Positions 53,534 to 64,000 of a stretch of DNA of 64,000 nt are shown piece by piece (the first letter of the stretch is position 1; every line of letters starts with the position of its first letter). A program made the position numbers and the translations under genes. The DNA is from Limnothrix sp. BL-A-16 (GTDB lineage Bacteria > Cyanobacteriota > Cyanobacteriia > CACIAM-69d): assembly GCA_041937175.2 (NCBI GenBank), contig CP166615.1:640001-704000 (forward strand), read 5' to 3'. The notes beneath the pieces were generated by a model. The model saw nothing but the letters and a program-made list of their open reading frames with translations. It did no database searches and had not been told where the DNA came from.

Positions 53534-55639
53534 ATGATGCGCTTTTTTGGAATGGGATCTCCCTCGGAATCATCGCACCACACCGCTAACCGATCGCAGG
53601 CCGATCGAACCGGTGGGGGGCATCCCGGTTCATGGATCCTACCCACCCGATCGCGCCATCGTCGGCGACGGGCGATCGCCTCGGCCCTGCTGCTGTTTAA
53701 CCTGTTGACGGTGGCCGCGCCCGCCTTGGCCCAGAGTCAACCGAGCGATCGCTCTTCCTCGGAATCGACCCCCACAGTTGGCCAATCCGCTAACCAACCT
53801 GCCAATCAGCCTGCCAACCAACGCCGCGGCCGCACCCTCACCTACGGCGACCTGATGGAAAAGTTGGAGGCGGGCCAGGTCAAGCGAATTGATCTGTTTC
53901 CCGCAGAACAACTGGCCCGGGTCTTTTTGGATCAAAACGGTCGTGCCAGCTCGCCCTACGAAGTGACCCTGTTTGAGCGCAACCCGGAGCTGATCGAAAT
54001 TGCCCGGGCGAAGGGGGTGGAACTCTCGGTGCAAGAGTCGGTCGATCGCACCGCGGCCCTGAGCCTGATTGCCAATTTGTTGTTTGTGGGGTTGGTGATT
54101 GCCCTGCTGGTGAACATTGTGCGCCGCACGGCCAACGCTTCGGGCCAGGCCATGAACTTTGGCAAATCCCGCGCCAAGTTCCAGATGGAAGCCAAAACCG
54201 GCGTGACCTTTGATGATGTGGCCGGCGTGGAGGAAGCCAAGGAGGAGCTACAGGAAGTGGTGACCTTCCTGAAGCAGCCGGAACGCTTCACGGCCGTGGG
54301 GGCCAAGATTCCGCGCGGGGTGTTGCTGGTGGGGCCACCGGGAACGGGTAAAACCCTGTTGGCCAAGGCGATCGCCGGGGAAGCGGGCGTGCCCTTCTTC
54401 AGCATGTCCGGTTCGGAATTTGTGGAAATGTTTGTGGGGGTGGGCGCATCTCGGGTGCGAGACCTGTTCCGCAAGGCGAAGGAAAGCGCTCCCTGCATTG
54501 TGTTCATTGATGAAATTGATGCGGTGGGTCGCCAACGGGGCGCGGGCATTGGCGGCGGCAACGATGAACGGGAACAAACCCTCAACCAACTGCTGACCGA
54601 GATGGACGGGTTTGAGGGCAACTCCGGGGTGATTATTATTGCCGCCACGAACCGCCCCGATGTGCTGGACTCGGCCCTGATGCGACCGGGCCGGTTCGAT
54701 CGCCAAATTACCGTTGATTTGCCCAGTTACACGGGGCGGCTGGCGATTTTGCAAGTCCATGCCCGCACCAAAAAGATTGAAGAAGGCGTGTCGATCGAGG
54801 CGATCGCCCGGCGCACTCCCGGTTTTGCGGGGGCTGATTTGGCGAATTTGCTCAACGAGGCGGCGATTTTGACGGCCCGGCGACGGAAGCCGGCCATCAG
54901 CCTGGAGGAAATTGACGATGCGATCGACCGGATCACCATTGGCCTGAAGTTGGCTCCCCTGCTGGATAGCAAGAAAAAACGCCTGATTGCCTATCACGAG
55001 GTGGGCCATGCCCTGTTGATGACGCTGCTGAAGCATTCTGACCCGCTGAACAAGGTGACGATCGTGCCCCGATCGGGCGGTATTGGCGGGTTTGCCCAAC
55101 AGGTTTTCAATGAGGAAATGGTGGATAGCGGTCTCTATACCCGTGCTTGGATTCTCGATCGAATTGTGATGACCCTGGGGGGCCGGGCGGCCGAACAGGA
55201 AGTGTTTGGCGATTCCGAAATCACCGTCGGAGCCAGCAACGATCTGAAGGTAGTCAGCACCTTGGCCCGCGAAATGGTCACTCGCTATGGCATGTCGGAT
55301 CTGGGTACGTTGGCCCTGGAAAGCCAATCGGGTGAAGTGTTTTTGGGACGGGGTTGGATGTCTCAGCCGGAATATTCCGAAGAGGTGGCCGCCAAGATCG
55401 ATCGCACCGTGCGGGAAATTGCCGTCAACTGCTACGAAAAAGCCTGTCAGATCCTCCGTGAGCATCGAGAACTGGTCGATCGATTGGTCGATCAACTGCT
55501 CGATGAAGAAATGATCGAAGGGGATGAATTCCGCAAAATTGTGCGTTCCTACGTCCCAATTCCCGAGAAGGATTACCCCGAGGATCGACAAATGCGTCAA
55601 GCCAGCAACGCCGGTAGCCCGGCTGCGGCAAGGGTTTAG
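53534..55639 (+). CDS. ftsH: ATP-dependent zinc metalloprotease FtsH
   Basis: [26 protein letters not shown]. Confidence 0.96.
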   Translation: MMRFFGMGSPSESSHHTANRSQADRTGGGHPGSWILPTRSRHRRRRAIASALLLFNLLTVAAPALAQSQPSDRSSSESTPTVGQSANQPANQPANQRRGRTLTYGDLMEKLEAGQVKRIDLFPAEQLARVFLDQNGRASSPYEVTLFERNPELIEIARAKGVELSVQESVDRTAALSLIANLLFVGLVIALLVNIVRRTANASGQAMNFGKSRAKFQMEAKTGVTFDDVAGVEEAKEELQEVVTFLKQPERFTAVGAKIPRGVLLVGPPGTGKTLLAKAIAGEAGVPFFSMSGSEFVEMFVGVGASRVRDLFRKAKESAPCIVFIDEIDAVGRQRGAGIGGGNDEREQTLNQLLTEMDGFEGNSGVIIIAATNRPDVLDSALMRPGRFDRQITVDLPSYTGRLAILQVHARTKKIEEGVSIEAIARRTPGFAGADLANLLNEAAILTARRRKPAISLEEIDDAIDRITIGLKLAPLLDSKKKRLIAYHEVGHALLMTLLKHSDPLNKVTIVPRSGGIGGFAQQVFNEEMVDSGLYTRAWILDRIVMTLGGRAAEQEVFGDSEITVGASNDLKVVSTLAREMVTRYGMSDLGTLALESQSGEVFLGRGWMSQPEYSEEVAAKIDRTVREIAVNCYEKACQILREHRELVDRLVDQLLDEEMIEGDEFRKIVRSYVPIPEKDYPEDRQMRQASNAGSPAAARV

Positions 55640-55701
55640 GACTGCGATCGCCCGATCGCTCTGGATTGATCTCCCTGAATCGATCACCCTGAATTGATCT
55701 G

Positions 55702-55789
55702 GATTGCTTTGGGTCGATCGCTTTGGGTTGATTGCTTTGGATCGGTTCATCAAAATCGATTGCTTTGGGCCGATCGCTTTGGGTTGATC
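55702..55789. repeat. 14-bp tandem repeat GATYGCTTTGGRYY (5 good units, 1 divergent)
   Basis: Units start at 55702, 55716, 55730, (55744), 55758, 55772. Confidence 0.8.
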
Positions 55790-55909
55790 TCGATTAATCG
55801 TCCTGAATTGCTCAATTCAATTAGCCTGAATGGATTGATTGAAATCCAATCCGATCGCTGCCCAAGGTGATCGCCTCCCATCGCCCCCAATTCCCCATTG
55901 CCTGGAACC

Positions 55910-56224
55910 ATGCCGATCGAACAGCCCGCCCCGCCCCCGCAAACGTCCGTGCAAATTGGCCCCTACCAAGCCATCACCCAGCCAGGAGGGTTTCAACTGC
56001 AATCCTTTTCCACCGATCAGGTCTATCGATTTGCCGGAGCGGGAATGCCCACCAGCAGCATCAGTGAACCGATGGTGGATTTAGTGACCAGCTACATTGC
56101 CCAATGGGAACATCTTGTGTCGCCCAACGATCGATCGGGAGCCATGTCATTTCGGGAAGTGTGGCAAGAGGCCGCGGACTATTTTGAGGCGATCGAGGGC
56201 ATCGAAGAGGGGCGGCGCGGCTAA
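55910..56224 (+). CDS. Hypothetical protein
   Basis: Protein-like ORF filling the gap; no family recognised. Confidence 0.45.
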   Translation: MPIEQPAPPPQTSVQIGPYQAITQPGGFQLQSFSTDQVYRFAGAGMPTSSISEPMVDLVTSYIAQWEHLVSPNDRSGAMSFREVWQEAADYFEAIEGIEEGRRG

Positions 56225-56251
56225 AGGCTCAACAACCGTTGAAGGAACCAC

Positions 56252-56758
56252 TCAATGGGTTTCCCCTGAGCGCCGCCGATCGGGGGGCGTAGGCGGTGGC
56301 GCGGGAGCGGTTTTTTGCTCCAGTCCCAACAGAATTTCCGCCCAGAGCGCGTTGGGGTCTGCGAGATCGGGTGTTTCGGCTGCTGGTTCCATCCCTTGAT
56401 CCAAGGGGCGATTGGGGTTGTTTGCCTCGCCCTGTGCCGCCTTGGAATTCTCGGAATTCTCGGAATTTCCGGGATCTTCAGGATTTGCGGGAGCCTGGGG
56501 GTCTTCATCCTCTTGATGCTGGCTGCCCATATAGCGCTCAATATCCTCGATCGCCGCTTCTAAATCTTCCAGGGTAATTTCCTGGCTGGCGGGAGGTGCG
56601 GTTTCGGTTGCGGCCTGGGGGCTGGGGGCTGCTTCGGTTTCCACCGTGTCAAGGGCGGCCGCATCTTCAGGATCGGTCAGATTTTCCCGTAGGCGTTCGA
56701 GGGCCTCTAAGAAGGCCTGTTGGGCCGCCTGCCTGGCCCCATGATGCCGCTCCATCAT
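56252..56758 (-). CDS. Hypothetical acidic low-complexity protein
   Basis: FLEALERL and LEDLEAAIEDIERYM helices; GGAG upstream. Confidence 0.6.
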   Translation of the reverse strand: MMERHHGARQAAQQAFLEALERLRENLTDPEDAAALDTVETEAAPSPQAATETAPPASQEITLEDLEAAIEDIERYMGSQHQEDEDPQAPANPEDPGNSENSENSKAAQGEANNPNRPLDQGMEPAAETPDLADPNALWAEILLGLEQKTAPAPPPTPPDRRRSGETH

Positions 56759-56995
56759 TGTTAATTACGCTCCTAGTGGCTGTGCGATCGCGAATCCCCG
56801 CGCCCTGACCCTGGTGATTGAACTGGGCTGCCGCTGAGACGCTCCCGATCGATCGGCTGCCAAAACCAGTACCTCAGCCTTCGCTAGGACTTGCTTGGTT
56901 TCAGTTCAACAGGCTGAATACTTCAATCCTATGCAATTCAGGTCTGTGGTTGTTGGATTCATCAACAACTCAGGAAATTCGCCCGTTGATTTATG

Positions 56996-57142
56996 TATCC
57001 CGCGATGTGCCCCGCAACGCATCCCGCGATATATCTGGCGATACATCCCGCGATCGATCAGGGTACTTTACAGATTCAATACGAACAAAAAATAAGCAAA
57101 AGCAATAAACAGAAGCAATAAGCAAAAGCAATAAGCAAAAAA
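56996..57142. repeat. Two short tandem arrays: 12 bp x5 (YATCCCGCGATR) and 13 bp x4 (AATAAGCAAAAGC)
   Basis: Arrays at 56996-57055 and 57091-57142. Confidence 0.8.
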
Positions 57143-57144
57143 GA

Positions 57145-57240
57145 GACCCGGAGACCGCGCCTATCTCAAGCATCCCTTAGTGCTGCTGCCTTCCGGCTCT
57201 GACACGGTTCGGGCGTTGGGATTGCGCGGGTCCAGGTCGC
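57145..57240 (-). ncRNA. ffs: Signal recognition particle 4.5S RNA
   Basis: Minus strand GTGTCAGAGCCGGAAGGCAGCAGCAC domain IV; ends GACCTGGA/TCCGGGTC pair; T tract follows; TGnTATGGT upstream. Confidence 0.92.
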
Positions 57241-57321
57241 CATAACCATACCATGAACAGCCCCCGTTAACGCAAGGGCGAGGAACCCGACTGTTTCTGA
57301 ACCCGATTGATCGATGGGGGG

Positions 57322-59109
57322 TTAGGGGCGCTTCCAGGTGGCAATGTTCCAGGTGTCGCTGTCCCAAGGGGTGAGATCCACGCCCTGCAATTGATCGCTG
57401 ACGGCTCCCACTTTGGCCCGGGCAATGAGGGGAATCAGGGCCACATCCTGAATCAGTTGGTCATTGAGGGCAATCATGGCCGCCTGTCGTTTGATGGGAT
57501 CCAATTCCTGGTCGGCTTTGGCCCAAGCTTGGTCATAGGCTGAGTTGCAATAGCGGGTGTAGTTATTGCGGTTCCAGTCGTTGGCTTTGCTGGCAATTTC
57601 GGCGCAAGTCCACCATTTCAGGTGTGCGCTGGGATCCGGGGAGGTGTTGCCGGTGGTGTAGAGCTGCAAATCGGCTTGGAAGCGGTTTACCGTGTCGGCG
57701 TTGGCTGGGTCGCCAGAGAAGAAGGCTCCAGCATCCACGGACTTCAGTTCCACGCCAATCCCGATCGACTCCCAAGCTTGCTTCACAATCTCCTGGGTTT
57801 TCTGGCGCAGGGGATTCACCGAAGTGACAAACAGCACCCGCATTTCCACACCGTTTTTGTCCCGAATTTGGTTGCCGTTGGTGTCTTTCCAACCCGCTTG
57901 ATCCAACAGTTGGGCTGCTTTTTGCAGGTTGAATTCCACTTGGTTGTTGGGTGAGGCAAACTGCTGGGGAGCGATGATCAGATTGGCCGTGGGATTGCCG
58001 GTGGGGCCATAGAGCTGCTGGGCGATGGTGGCGCGATCGACCGCGAGGGCAAAGGCCTGGCGCACAGTTTTATCCGTAAAGAAGGGGTGGGGAAACTGCA
58101 CGCTCGATCGCTCCCCGTCGGCGGTGGCCCGGTTGGGGTCAGTGAAGTTAAAGTGAATCCGCTCCGATTGGGCCCCGGTCACGGCCAACAGTTTGCCCTT
58201 GCCACCGCTTTCCAGTTGCCTCAAAATTGGCGCTTCCACCTGTGGATTGTAGGCGTAGTCCGCGTCGCCGGTCTGCAACACGGCCCGGGCGGCCGAGGTG
58301 GCATCGCCGCCGCCTTTGATTTCCACCTGCTCGAAGGCAAGGCTGGCCCGATCGCGGTAGTTGGGGTTGGGTTTGTAGACGATCGAATCACCCGGCTTAA
58401 AGGACTCCACCTGATAGGGACCCGTCCCGATCGGCTTCAGGTTGGCCGGTGCTTCCTTGGCCCTGGCTCCCACATAGTCCTTAAAAACGTGTTTCGGCAA
58501 AATCATGCCGTTGTAGCCAGTGAAGGGCTGAGACCAACTGGCCGTGGGCGCTGTGAATTCAATCCGCACCGTTTGCGGGTCGATCGCCCGCACCGATTTC
58601 ACCATGGCGTAGTCCGTGAGGGTGGCCGCGCCGGTTTTGGGATCGCTCAAAAACTCATAGGTAAAAACCACATCCTCGGCGGTGAAGGGGTTCCCGTCGG
58701 CCCACGTCACGCCGGATTTCAGCTTCCAAGTGACCGATCGCCCGTCCTTGGCCACGCCGCCATTGGCCAGGGTGGGTTCTTCCGCCGCCAAAAATAAAAC
58801 CAATTTGCCCGTTTTGTCGTAGCTGGCCAGGGGTTCATAGACCACCCGCGCCCCGTCAAAATCCTTATTTCCCGTGGCCAGGTGGGGATTCAAAATGGTG
58901 GGGGCTTGCCAATAGAGCAACTTCAAGGTTTTATCCGCCGGGCCACTGGCGCTGGAACGGTTGGCGGAGTTGGTGGATGCGCCGCCGCCACAGCCCCCCA
59001 CCAGCAAACTGGCCACCAGCCCGATCGCCCCTAACGACTGACGCAACTGGGGCGATCGAGCCGGAGCGATCGTTCTTGTCCATTTCCGAGGCCAAAACAG
59101 GTTAGGCAT
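57322..59109 (-). CDS. Peptide ABC transporter substrate-binding lipoprotein (family 5)
   Basis: LVGGC lipobox, WQAPTILNPH, FTAEDVVFT, PIGTGPY. Confidence 0.92.
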   Translation of the reverse strand: MPNLFWPRKWTRTIAPARSPQLRQSLGAIGLVASLLVGGCGGGASTNSANRSSASGPADKTLKLLYWQAPTILNPHLATGNKDFDGARVVYEPLASYDKTGKLVLFLAAEEPTLANGGVAKDGRSVTWKLKSGVTWADGNPFTAEDVVFTYEFLSDPKTGAATLTDYAMVKSVRAIDPQTVRIEFTAPTASWSQPFTGYNGMILPKHVFKDYVGARAKEAPANLKPIGTGPYQVESFKPGDSIVYKPNPNYRDRASLAFEQVEIKGGGDATSAARAVLQTGDADYAYNPQVEAPILRQLESGGKGKLLAVTGAQSERIHFNFTDPNRATADGERSSVQFPHPFFTDKTVRQAFALAVDRATIAQQLYGPTGNPTANLIIAPQQFASPNNQVEFNLQKAAQLLDQAGWKDTNGNQIRDKNGVEMRVLFVTSVNPLRQKTQEIVKQAWESIGIGVELKSVDAGAFFSGDPANADTVNRFQADLQLYTTGNTSPDPSAHLKWWTCAEIASKANDWNRNNYTRYCNSAYDQAWAKADQELDPIKRQAAMIALNDQLIQDVALIPLIARAKVGAVSDQLQGVDLTPWDSDTWNIATWKRP

Positions 59110-59500
59110 GAATCGCCACCAGACACCACAACATCAATCGAAAACCACAATAACAGCCAACAATAATCCGTCTGCCTTGGTCTGTCTCGTGCGATCGATC
59201 AATGTTCCTGCAACGTTCCCGCAACGCCCCCACAGTTCTCCCGCAACACTCCCACTGCTCCCATCGCTCCATGGCCGGCAGCCGCTGCCGACCCAATCAA
59301 TTCCTGAAATCACTTATAGAATGAGATTAGGGAAATAAAATTCAGCGAAAACCAATCCTAATCAACAGCATTTGTATCGCGAGATTTTTTAACCAAGCTC
59401 TTGATCACCGTGGACTGACCCGGAACAATGAAGGATTCGGGATCCACCAGGGATCGACCTTGAACGCTGTTTGTCGTTGCAGGGTGCGGCGGAAAACACC

Positions 59501-61648
59501 ATGAATGCCCAGTCATCCGAGAGGGTGTCTGAAGATTCAACAGCGCTGTTGGATGTTTCTGAATGTTTGGCCGGATGGCAAACCACAAACCAATCAGAGG
59601 ACGCGTCAGATCCTGAAGCTTGGAGGCTTATGGAAAATCAAGCGAGTCCAGGGTTATTGCCGGTGACCCTGGAGTTGTATGAACGGGCGATGGCTTCGGC
59701 CAGTTGCGGCATCGCGATCGCCGATATGAGCCGGCCCGATCGCCCCCTGATCTATTGCAATGAAGCCTTCGAGACCATGACAGGCTACCGCTGGGAAGAG
59801 GTGTTGGGGCGTAACTGTCGGTTTATGCAGGGGCCGGACACGGATCCGGTGGCGGTGGAGCAACTCAGCCAGGCCATTCGCCGGGGTGAGGCCTGTGAGG
59901 TGGTGCTGCTCAATTACCGCAAGGATGGCCGGCCCTTTTGGAATCGCCTTTCGATCGGCCCCGTGCATGATGCGGCGGGCCATTTGACCCACTACATTGG
60001 CGTACAAACGGACGTGACCGAAGCGGTGGAAGCCCGCAAGCGCCAAAACCGGCAATTGCAAGAGGAACAACTCCTGAGCGGTGTGACCCAGCGCATTCGC
60101 CAGGACTTGGACTTGACGGCGGTGTTGAGCACGGCGGTGAATGAGGTGCGCCAACTGCTGCAGACCGATCGGGTGGTGGTCTATCGCTTTAATTCCGACT
60201 GGAGCGGCATGGTGGTGGCCGAATCCGTGGGCGAGGATTGGGATGCGTCGTTGGATGTGACGATTGAGGACACCTGTTTTCAGGTCAGCCGCGCCCAGGA
60301 TTACCAACAGGGACGCATTAGCGCCATCAGTGACATTGAAACGGCCCCCCTGAGCGAGTGCCATCGCAATTTGCTGCGTCGGTTCCAAGTGCAGGCTAAT
60401 TTGGTGTTGCCCATCTCTGACCATGGCCGGCTCTGGGGTCTGTTAATCGCTCACCACTGCCAAAGTCCGCGCCAGTGGCATCCTAACGAAATTCATTTGC
60501 TGGAGCGGTTGTCCCATCAATTGGCCGTGGCCGTGTTGCAGGCGGAACTGTATGAACAGGCCCAAGCGGAAATTCGGCGGCGACAGGCGGTGGAGGCCAA
60601 GCTCGCGGACAAGGCGGCTCAGTTGGAGGCGGCGTTGCAGGCCCTGAAGTGGCAGCAGGCCCAGTTGGTGCAGGCGGAACGGCTGGCGGGGCTGGAGCAG
60701 TTGGTGGCAGGGGTGGCCCATGAGGTGAACAATCCGGTGGCCTTCATTGCGGGCAATTTGGCCCACGCGGGTCACTATATCCAGGATTTGTTGGACTTGG
60801 TAAATGTCTACCAAGCGGAGTGGGCGCGATCGGGGATGGCTCCTTCGGCCGAGCTGGAAGCGTTGGTGGAGGAGGTGGATCCCGCTTATATTGCAGAAGA
60901 TTGGCCAAGAATGCTGCAATCGATGCGATCGGGCGTGGAGCGCATCCAAAAGATTGTTCGATCGCTGCGGGCTTTCTCGCGGTTGGATGAGGCGATTGTG
61001 AAGAGCATTAACCTCAACGAGAGTTTAGATAGCGCCTTGGTGTTGTTTCAAGGGCGGCTAAATGCCTTGCGCAGCGGGGATCAGCTCCATTCGATTCAGC
61101 TCATTCATGAGTGGGGGGCACTGCCGGCCATCACTTGCTATCCGGGCCCGCTGAATCAGGCCTTGGCGGCGTTGATTGAAAATGCGATCGATGCGTTGAC
61201 GGTGGCGATCGAGTCGCCCCAATGGTTAGCTAAAGAAGAACGCCCCACCATTTGGCTGGCCACGGCCCTGGATGCGACCAGCGGGCGGGCGGTGATTCGG
61301 ATTCGAGACAATGCCCTCGGCATTCCGGAGGCGGTGCACGATCGCATTTTGGATCCTTTCTTTAGTACGAAGCCGATCGGACAGGGGACGGGGTTGGGCC
61401 TGTCGATCGCCTATCAAACCATTGTGGAGCAGCATGGGGGCCGGCTTTGGTTTGAGTCGGAACCCAATCAGGGCACGACTTTCGTGGTGGAGCTGCCCCC
61501 TGCGCCGCCTACTTTGGCGGAGGCGGAATCGGCGGAGGACTTGCCCGATCGGTTTCTGAGGCGGGGAAATTTGGGCGATCGACCCTTGCCGCCCATGCTG
61601 CCCAACGGTGGCGGGCGATCGATGCCGTCTCTGTTGCTGTCTAGCTAG
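59501..61648 (+). CDS. LOV + cyanobacteriochrome GAF + histidine kinase (start approximate)
   Basis: GRNCRFMQG (LOV Cys); EDTCF and ECH in the GAF; AHEVNNP; GTGLGLS. Confidence 0.9.
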   Translation: MNAQSSERVSEDSTALLDVSECLAGWQTTNQSEDASDPEAWRLMENQASPGLLPVTLELYERAMASASCGIAIADMSRPDRPLIYCNEAFETMTGYRWEEVLGRNCRFMQGPDTDPVAVEQLSQAIRRGEACEVVLLNYRKDGRPFWNRLSIGPVHDAAGHLTHYIGVQTDVTEAVEARKRQNRQLQEEQLLSGVTQRIRQDLDLTAVLSTAVNEVRQLLQTDRVVVYRFNSDWSGMVVAESVGEDWDASLDVTIEDTCFQVSRAQDYQQGRISAISDIETAPLSECHRNLLRRFQVQANLVLPISDHGRLWGLLIAHHCQSPRQWHPNEIHLLERLSHQLAVAVLQAELYEQAQAEIRRRQAVEAKLADKAAQLEAALQALKWQQAQLVQAERLAGLEQLVAGVAHEVNNPVAFIAGNLAHAGHYIQDLLDLVNVYQAEWARSGMAPSAELEALVEEVDPAYIAEDWPRMLQSMRSGVERIQKIVRSLRAFSRLDEAIVKSINLNESLDSALVLFQGRLNALRSGDQLHSIQLIHEWGALPAITCYPGPLNQALAALIENAIDALTVAIESPQWLAKEERPTIWLATALDATSGRAVIRIRDNALGIPEAVHDRILDPFFSTKPIGQGTGLGLSIAYQTIVEQHGGRLWFESEPNQGTTFVVELPPAPPTLAEAESAEDLPDRFLRRGNLGDRPLPPMLPNGGGRSMPSLLLSS

Positions 61649-61651
61649 GGG

Positions 61652-61691
61652 CTGGCTCCTGGGCTGAAGCACCCGTCAGCCCAGGAGCCAG
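61652..61691. terminator. Perfect 16-bp hairpin between convergent genes
   Basis: CTGGCTCCTGGGCTGA-agcacccg-TCAGCCCAGGAGCCAG. Confidence 0.7.
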
Positions 61692-61727
61692 ACTTGAGGC
61701 TAACTTTTGAACCCCCTAAGCACCCCG

Positions 61728-63113
61728 CTAAGCACCAGTGATCAGCGCGCAAATTTGGTCAGGATCCGTGGGTAAATCGGCCGTGAGCACCTCCGGCTCC
61801 GTCGCCGTGACCAGCACGTCATCCTCAATCCGAATGCCGCGCACATCGGCAAATTGGGCCAACCGTTCCCAATCAATACAGTCGCCATAGCGATCGAGCC
61901 GCGCCGGGTCTTGCAGCAGGCCCGGCACTTGGTAAAAACCGGGTTCGATCGTCACCACCATGCCCACCTCCAAGGGGCGATCGAGCCGCAGAAAACACCA
62001 GCCAAACCGCTCACTGCGCTGGCGGCCGGGCCCATAACCTGCCCGATCGCCCAGATCCTCCATGTCATGCACATCCAGCCCCAACAGGTGGCCCACACCA
62101 TGGGGAAAAAACAGCGTATGGGCATCCCGATCGACCAATTGCGCCGGTTGTCCCCGCAAAATGCCCAAGTCCACCAGGCCTTCCACCAAAACCCAAGCCG
62201 CCTTGTGGTGGATGTCGCGGTATTCCACCCCCGGCCGCACTGCCGCCACCGCCGCATCATGGGCCGCCAACACCACCTCATAAATCGCCCGCTGTGGGGC
62301 GGAAAACTGCCCCGATACGGGCCAAGTGCGGGTAATGTCGGAGGCCCAACCGCTGGACACCTCGGCCCCCGCATCCACCAGCAGCAAATCCCCCGGCGTG
62401 AGGGGGTGATGGTAGCGCTCATTGTGGAGCACTTCGCCCCGGGTGGTGACAATACTGTTGTAGGCGGGGCAAGCCTCTTGGGCGATCAAAGTGGCTTCGA
62501 TCGCCGCCCGCACGGCCGCTTCCGTGGGGGCTTGGCTTGTGGCTGCGAGGCCGGCCCGGTGGGCCGCCACCGCGATCACCGCCGATCGCCGCAACTCCCC
62601 TAGGGCCATGGGATCTTGGGTCGATCGCACCGCCACGATCGCATCCACCAGCGCCCCATCGGGGCCGTTTGCCTGGGCCGGTTGGGGGAGCGATCGCCCC
62701 AGCAGGGCTTCCTGATGGGCCCGGGCCGCAGGCGACTGCACCGCAATGGTCGCCACCTCCGCCAAGCGATCGCCCAAATAGCTCGCCAGTTCCGCCAAGG
62801 GATAGGCATCCTCCACCCCCATTTGCGCCGCCAATTCCGCCCGCGAGGGTTCTGGCCCATGCCACAGCGCATCATCAACCGTCGGTTGATCCCAAAACAG
62901 AATCGATTGCCCGTCCAGGATCAGCAGCACGGCCCGCTCAAGGGACAGGCCCGCAAAATACAAAAAATGGCTACTGGCCCGAAAGGGATAGCGATTGGCG
63001 GGAAAATTCCGCGCCGCCCCTTGCCCAGACCAGAGGGCCACCGGAAACGACACCCGATCGCTTAACCGGCGACGACGATCGCGCAACCCATCGGCAAAAC
63101 TGCAATCACTCAT
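61728..63113 (-). CDS. pepP: Xaa-Pro aminopeptidase (M24B)
   Basis: LVDAG, SDITRT, HGVGHLLGLDVHD, TIEPG, GIRIEDD. Confidence 0.9.
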   Translation of the reverse strand: MSDCSFADGLRDRRRRLSDRVSFPVALWSGQGAARNFPANRYPFRASSHFLYFAGLSLERAVLLILDGQSILFWDQPTVDDALWHGPEPSRAELAAQMGVEDAYPLAELASYLGDRLAEVATIAVQSPAARAHQEALLGRSLPQPAQANGPDGALVDAIVAVRSTQDPMALGELRRSAVIAVAAHRAGLAATSQAPTEAAVRAAIEATLIAQEACPAYNSIVTTRGEVLHNERYHHPLTPGDLLLVDAGAEVSSGWASDITRTWPVSGQFSAPQRAIYEVVLAAHDAAVAAVRPGVEYRDIHHKAAWVLVEGLVDLGILRGQPAQLVDRDAHTLFFPHGVGHLLGLDVHDMEDLGDRAGYGPGRQRSERFGWCFLRLDRPLEVGMVVTIEPGFYQVPGLLQDPARLDRYGDCIDWERLAQFADVRGIRIEDDVLVTATEPEVLTADLPTDPDQICALITGA

Positions 63114-63247
63114 GTTCCGACCTCTGCCCGCTGAGTAACATCTAACTCCAGGCTATGGGTTCCCGGCAATTAGCTCCAGGCTAGGGGTTCTAGGCGATGA
63201 ATTTCAGATGGTCTGTGATCGAAATCCCCAGCCATTCTGCAAGCAGG

Positions 63248-64000
63248 TCAGGAACCACGAATGGGCAAACTCATTAAAAACTGCGACCCCTGGCCCAATT
63301 CCGATCGCACCGTTAAGCTGCCGCCATGTTTTTCCACCACAATTTGGCGAGCGATCGCTAAGCCCAATCCGGTGCCTTTGCCAACGGCCTTAGTAGTGAA
63401 TGTGGGATCAAAAATCTTGGCTTGTAACGCCTCATTCATGCCCTTGCCATTGTCTTGAATCGTTATTTGCACATGATCATCGACTTGTCGAGTACAAATC
63501 GTAATGACTTGCGGATGGGCAGTTAATTCTTCAAATGACTGTCCCTGAGCCAGCTCATCGAACATATCGATCGCATTGGCCAAAAGATTCATGAACACCT
63601 GATTAAGCTGTCCCGGAAAGCAATCGATTGCTGGAATGTCCCCATAGTCTTGAATGACTTCAATGGCAGGGCGATGCTCATTGGCTTTTAGTCGATACTT
63701 CAGAATCAGTAATGTGCTGTCAATTCCTTCATGTAAATTGGCTTGAATTTTATATTCCGTATCCGCCCGTGAAAAAGTGCGCAGACTGTTGCTAATACCC
63801 TTGATGCGATCGGTTGCTAACTGCATCGATTTCAATAGTGCTGGCAAATCTTCACTCAAAAAATCTAAATCAATCTCTTCTGCATTATCAGTGATGCTGG
63901 ATTCAGGGTTGGGATAATGTTGTTGATAGAGTTCTAAATGACCAATGAGATCCTGAAAAGAATCTTGCAAATTTTGAATGCTGCCGTTTAAAAAGCCGAT
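63248..64000 (-). CDS. C-terminal part of a sensor histidine kinase (5' end beyond the window)
   Basis: LRTFSR, LNQVFMNLLANAID, DNGKG, KGTGLGL. Confidence 0.9.
   Translation of the reverse strand: MGFLNGSIQNLQDSFQDLIGHLELYQQHYPNPESSITDNAEEIDLDFLSEDLPALLKSMQLATDRIKGISNSLRTFSRADTEYKIQANLHEGIDSTLLILKYRLKANEHRPAIEVIQDYGDIPAIDCFPGQLNQVFMNLLANAIDMFDELAQGQSFEELTAHPQVITICTRQVDDHVQITIQDNGKGMNEALQAKIFDPTFTTKAVGKGTGLGLAIARQIVVEKHGGSLTVRSELGQGSQFLMSLPIRGS

Noticed and set aside
54248..55753. 501-aa minus-strand ORF and similar long antisense ORFs over argH, groEL, mnmG, ftsY and the aminotransferase
   Set aside because: Shadow frames of well-supported GC-rich genes; no motifs of their own
55702..57142. 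Tandem arrays as a possible CRISPR
   Set aside because: Units are 12-14 bp with no unique spacers, and no cas genes are present
1..64000. tRNA/rRNA genes, integrase or prophage; HIP1 abundance as a novelty
   Set aside because: None recognised by eye; HIP1 over-representation is a well-known cyanobacterial trait

Overview
A 64 kb window of a cyanobacterial chromosome. The evidence is dense HIP1 (GCGATCGC) sites plus psbM, cpcG, cpcS, a group-2 sigma factor and a cyanobacteriochrome; the genus cannot be proven from this window. Most of it is core genome: glgA, sigD-like, mnmG, alaS, a class-V aminotransferase, PrxQ/GPx, a radical SAM protein, argH, an RsbU-like phosphatase, ftsY, nusB, ssb, fraH-like, pgl, an hpsJ-like pair with a GT2, a DICT-GAF kinase, LCP, TonB-like, cpcS, cpcG, groEL2 with CIRCE, ftsH, SRP RNA, a peptide ABC binding protein, a LOV-CBCR kinase and aminopeptidase P. 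Accessory content: (1) a ~5 kb toxin-antitoxin/nuclease island between the convergent mnmG and alaS; (2) a complete tnpB-only IS200/IS605 element with readable ends and a deducible TGAC target motif; (3) five copies of a ~142 bp TA-flanked MITE, a second small inverted-repeat element and GTAG-type REP hairpins. The most speculative but most intriguing item is a coupled two-gene unit at the island edge: an unannotated 57-aa amphipathic peptide plus a 113-aa protein whose first 10 residues resemble the T4 capsid-targeting sequence. All calls are by eye; no searches were run.
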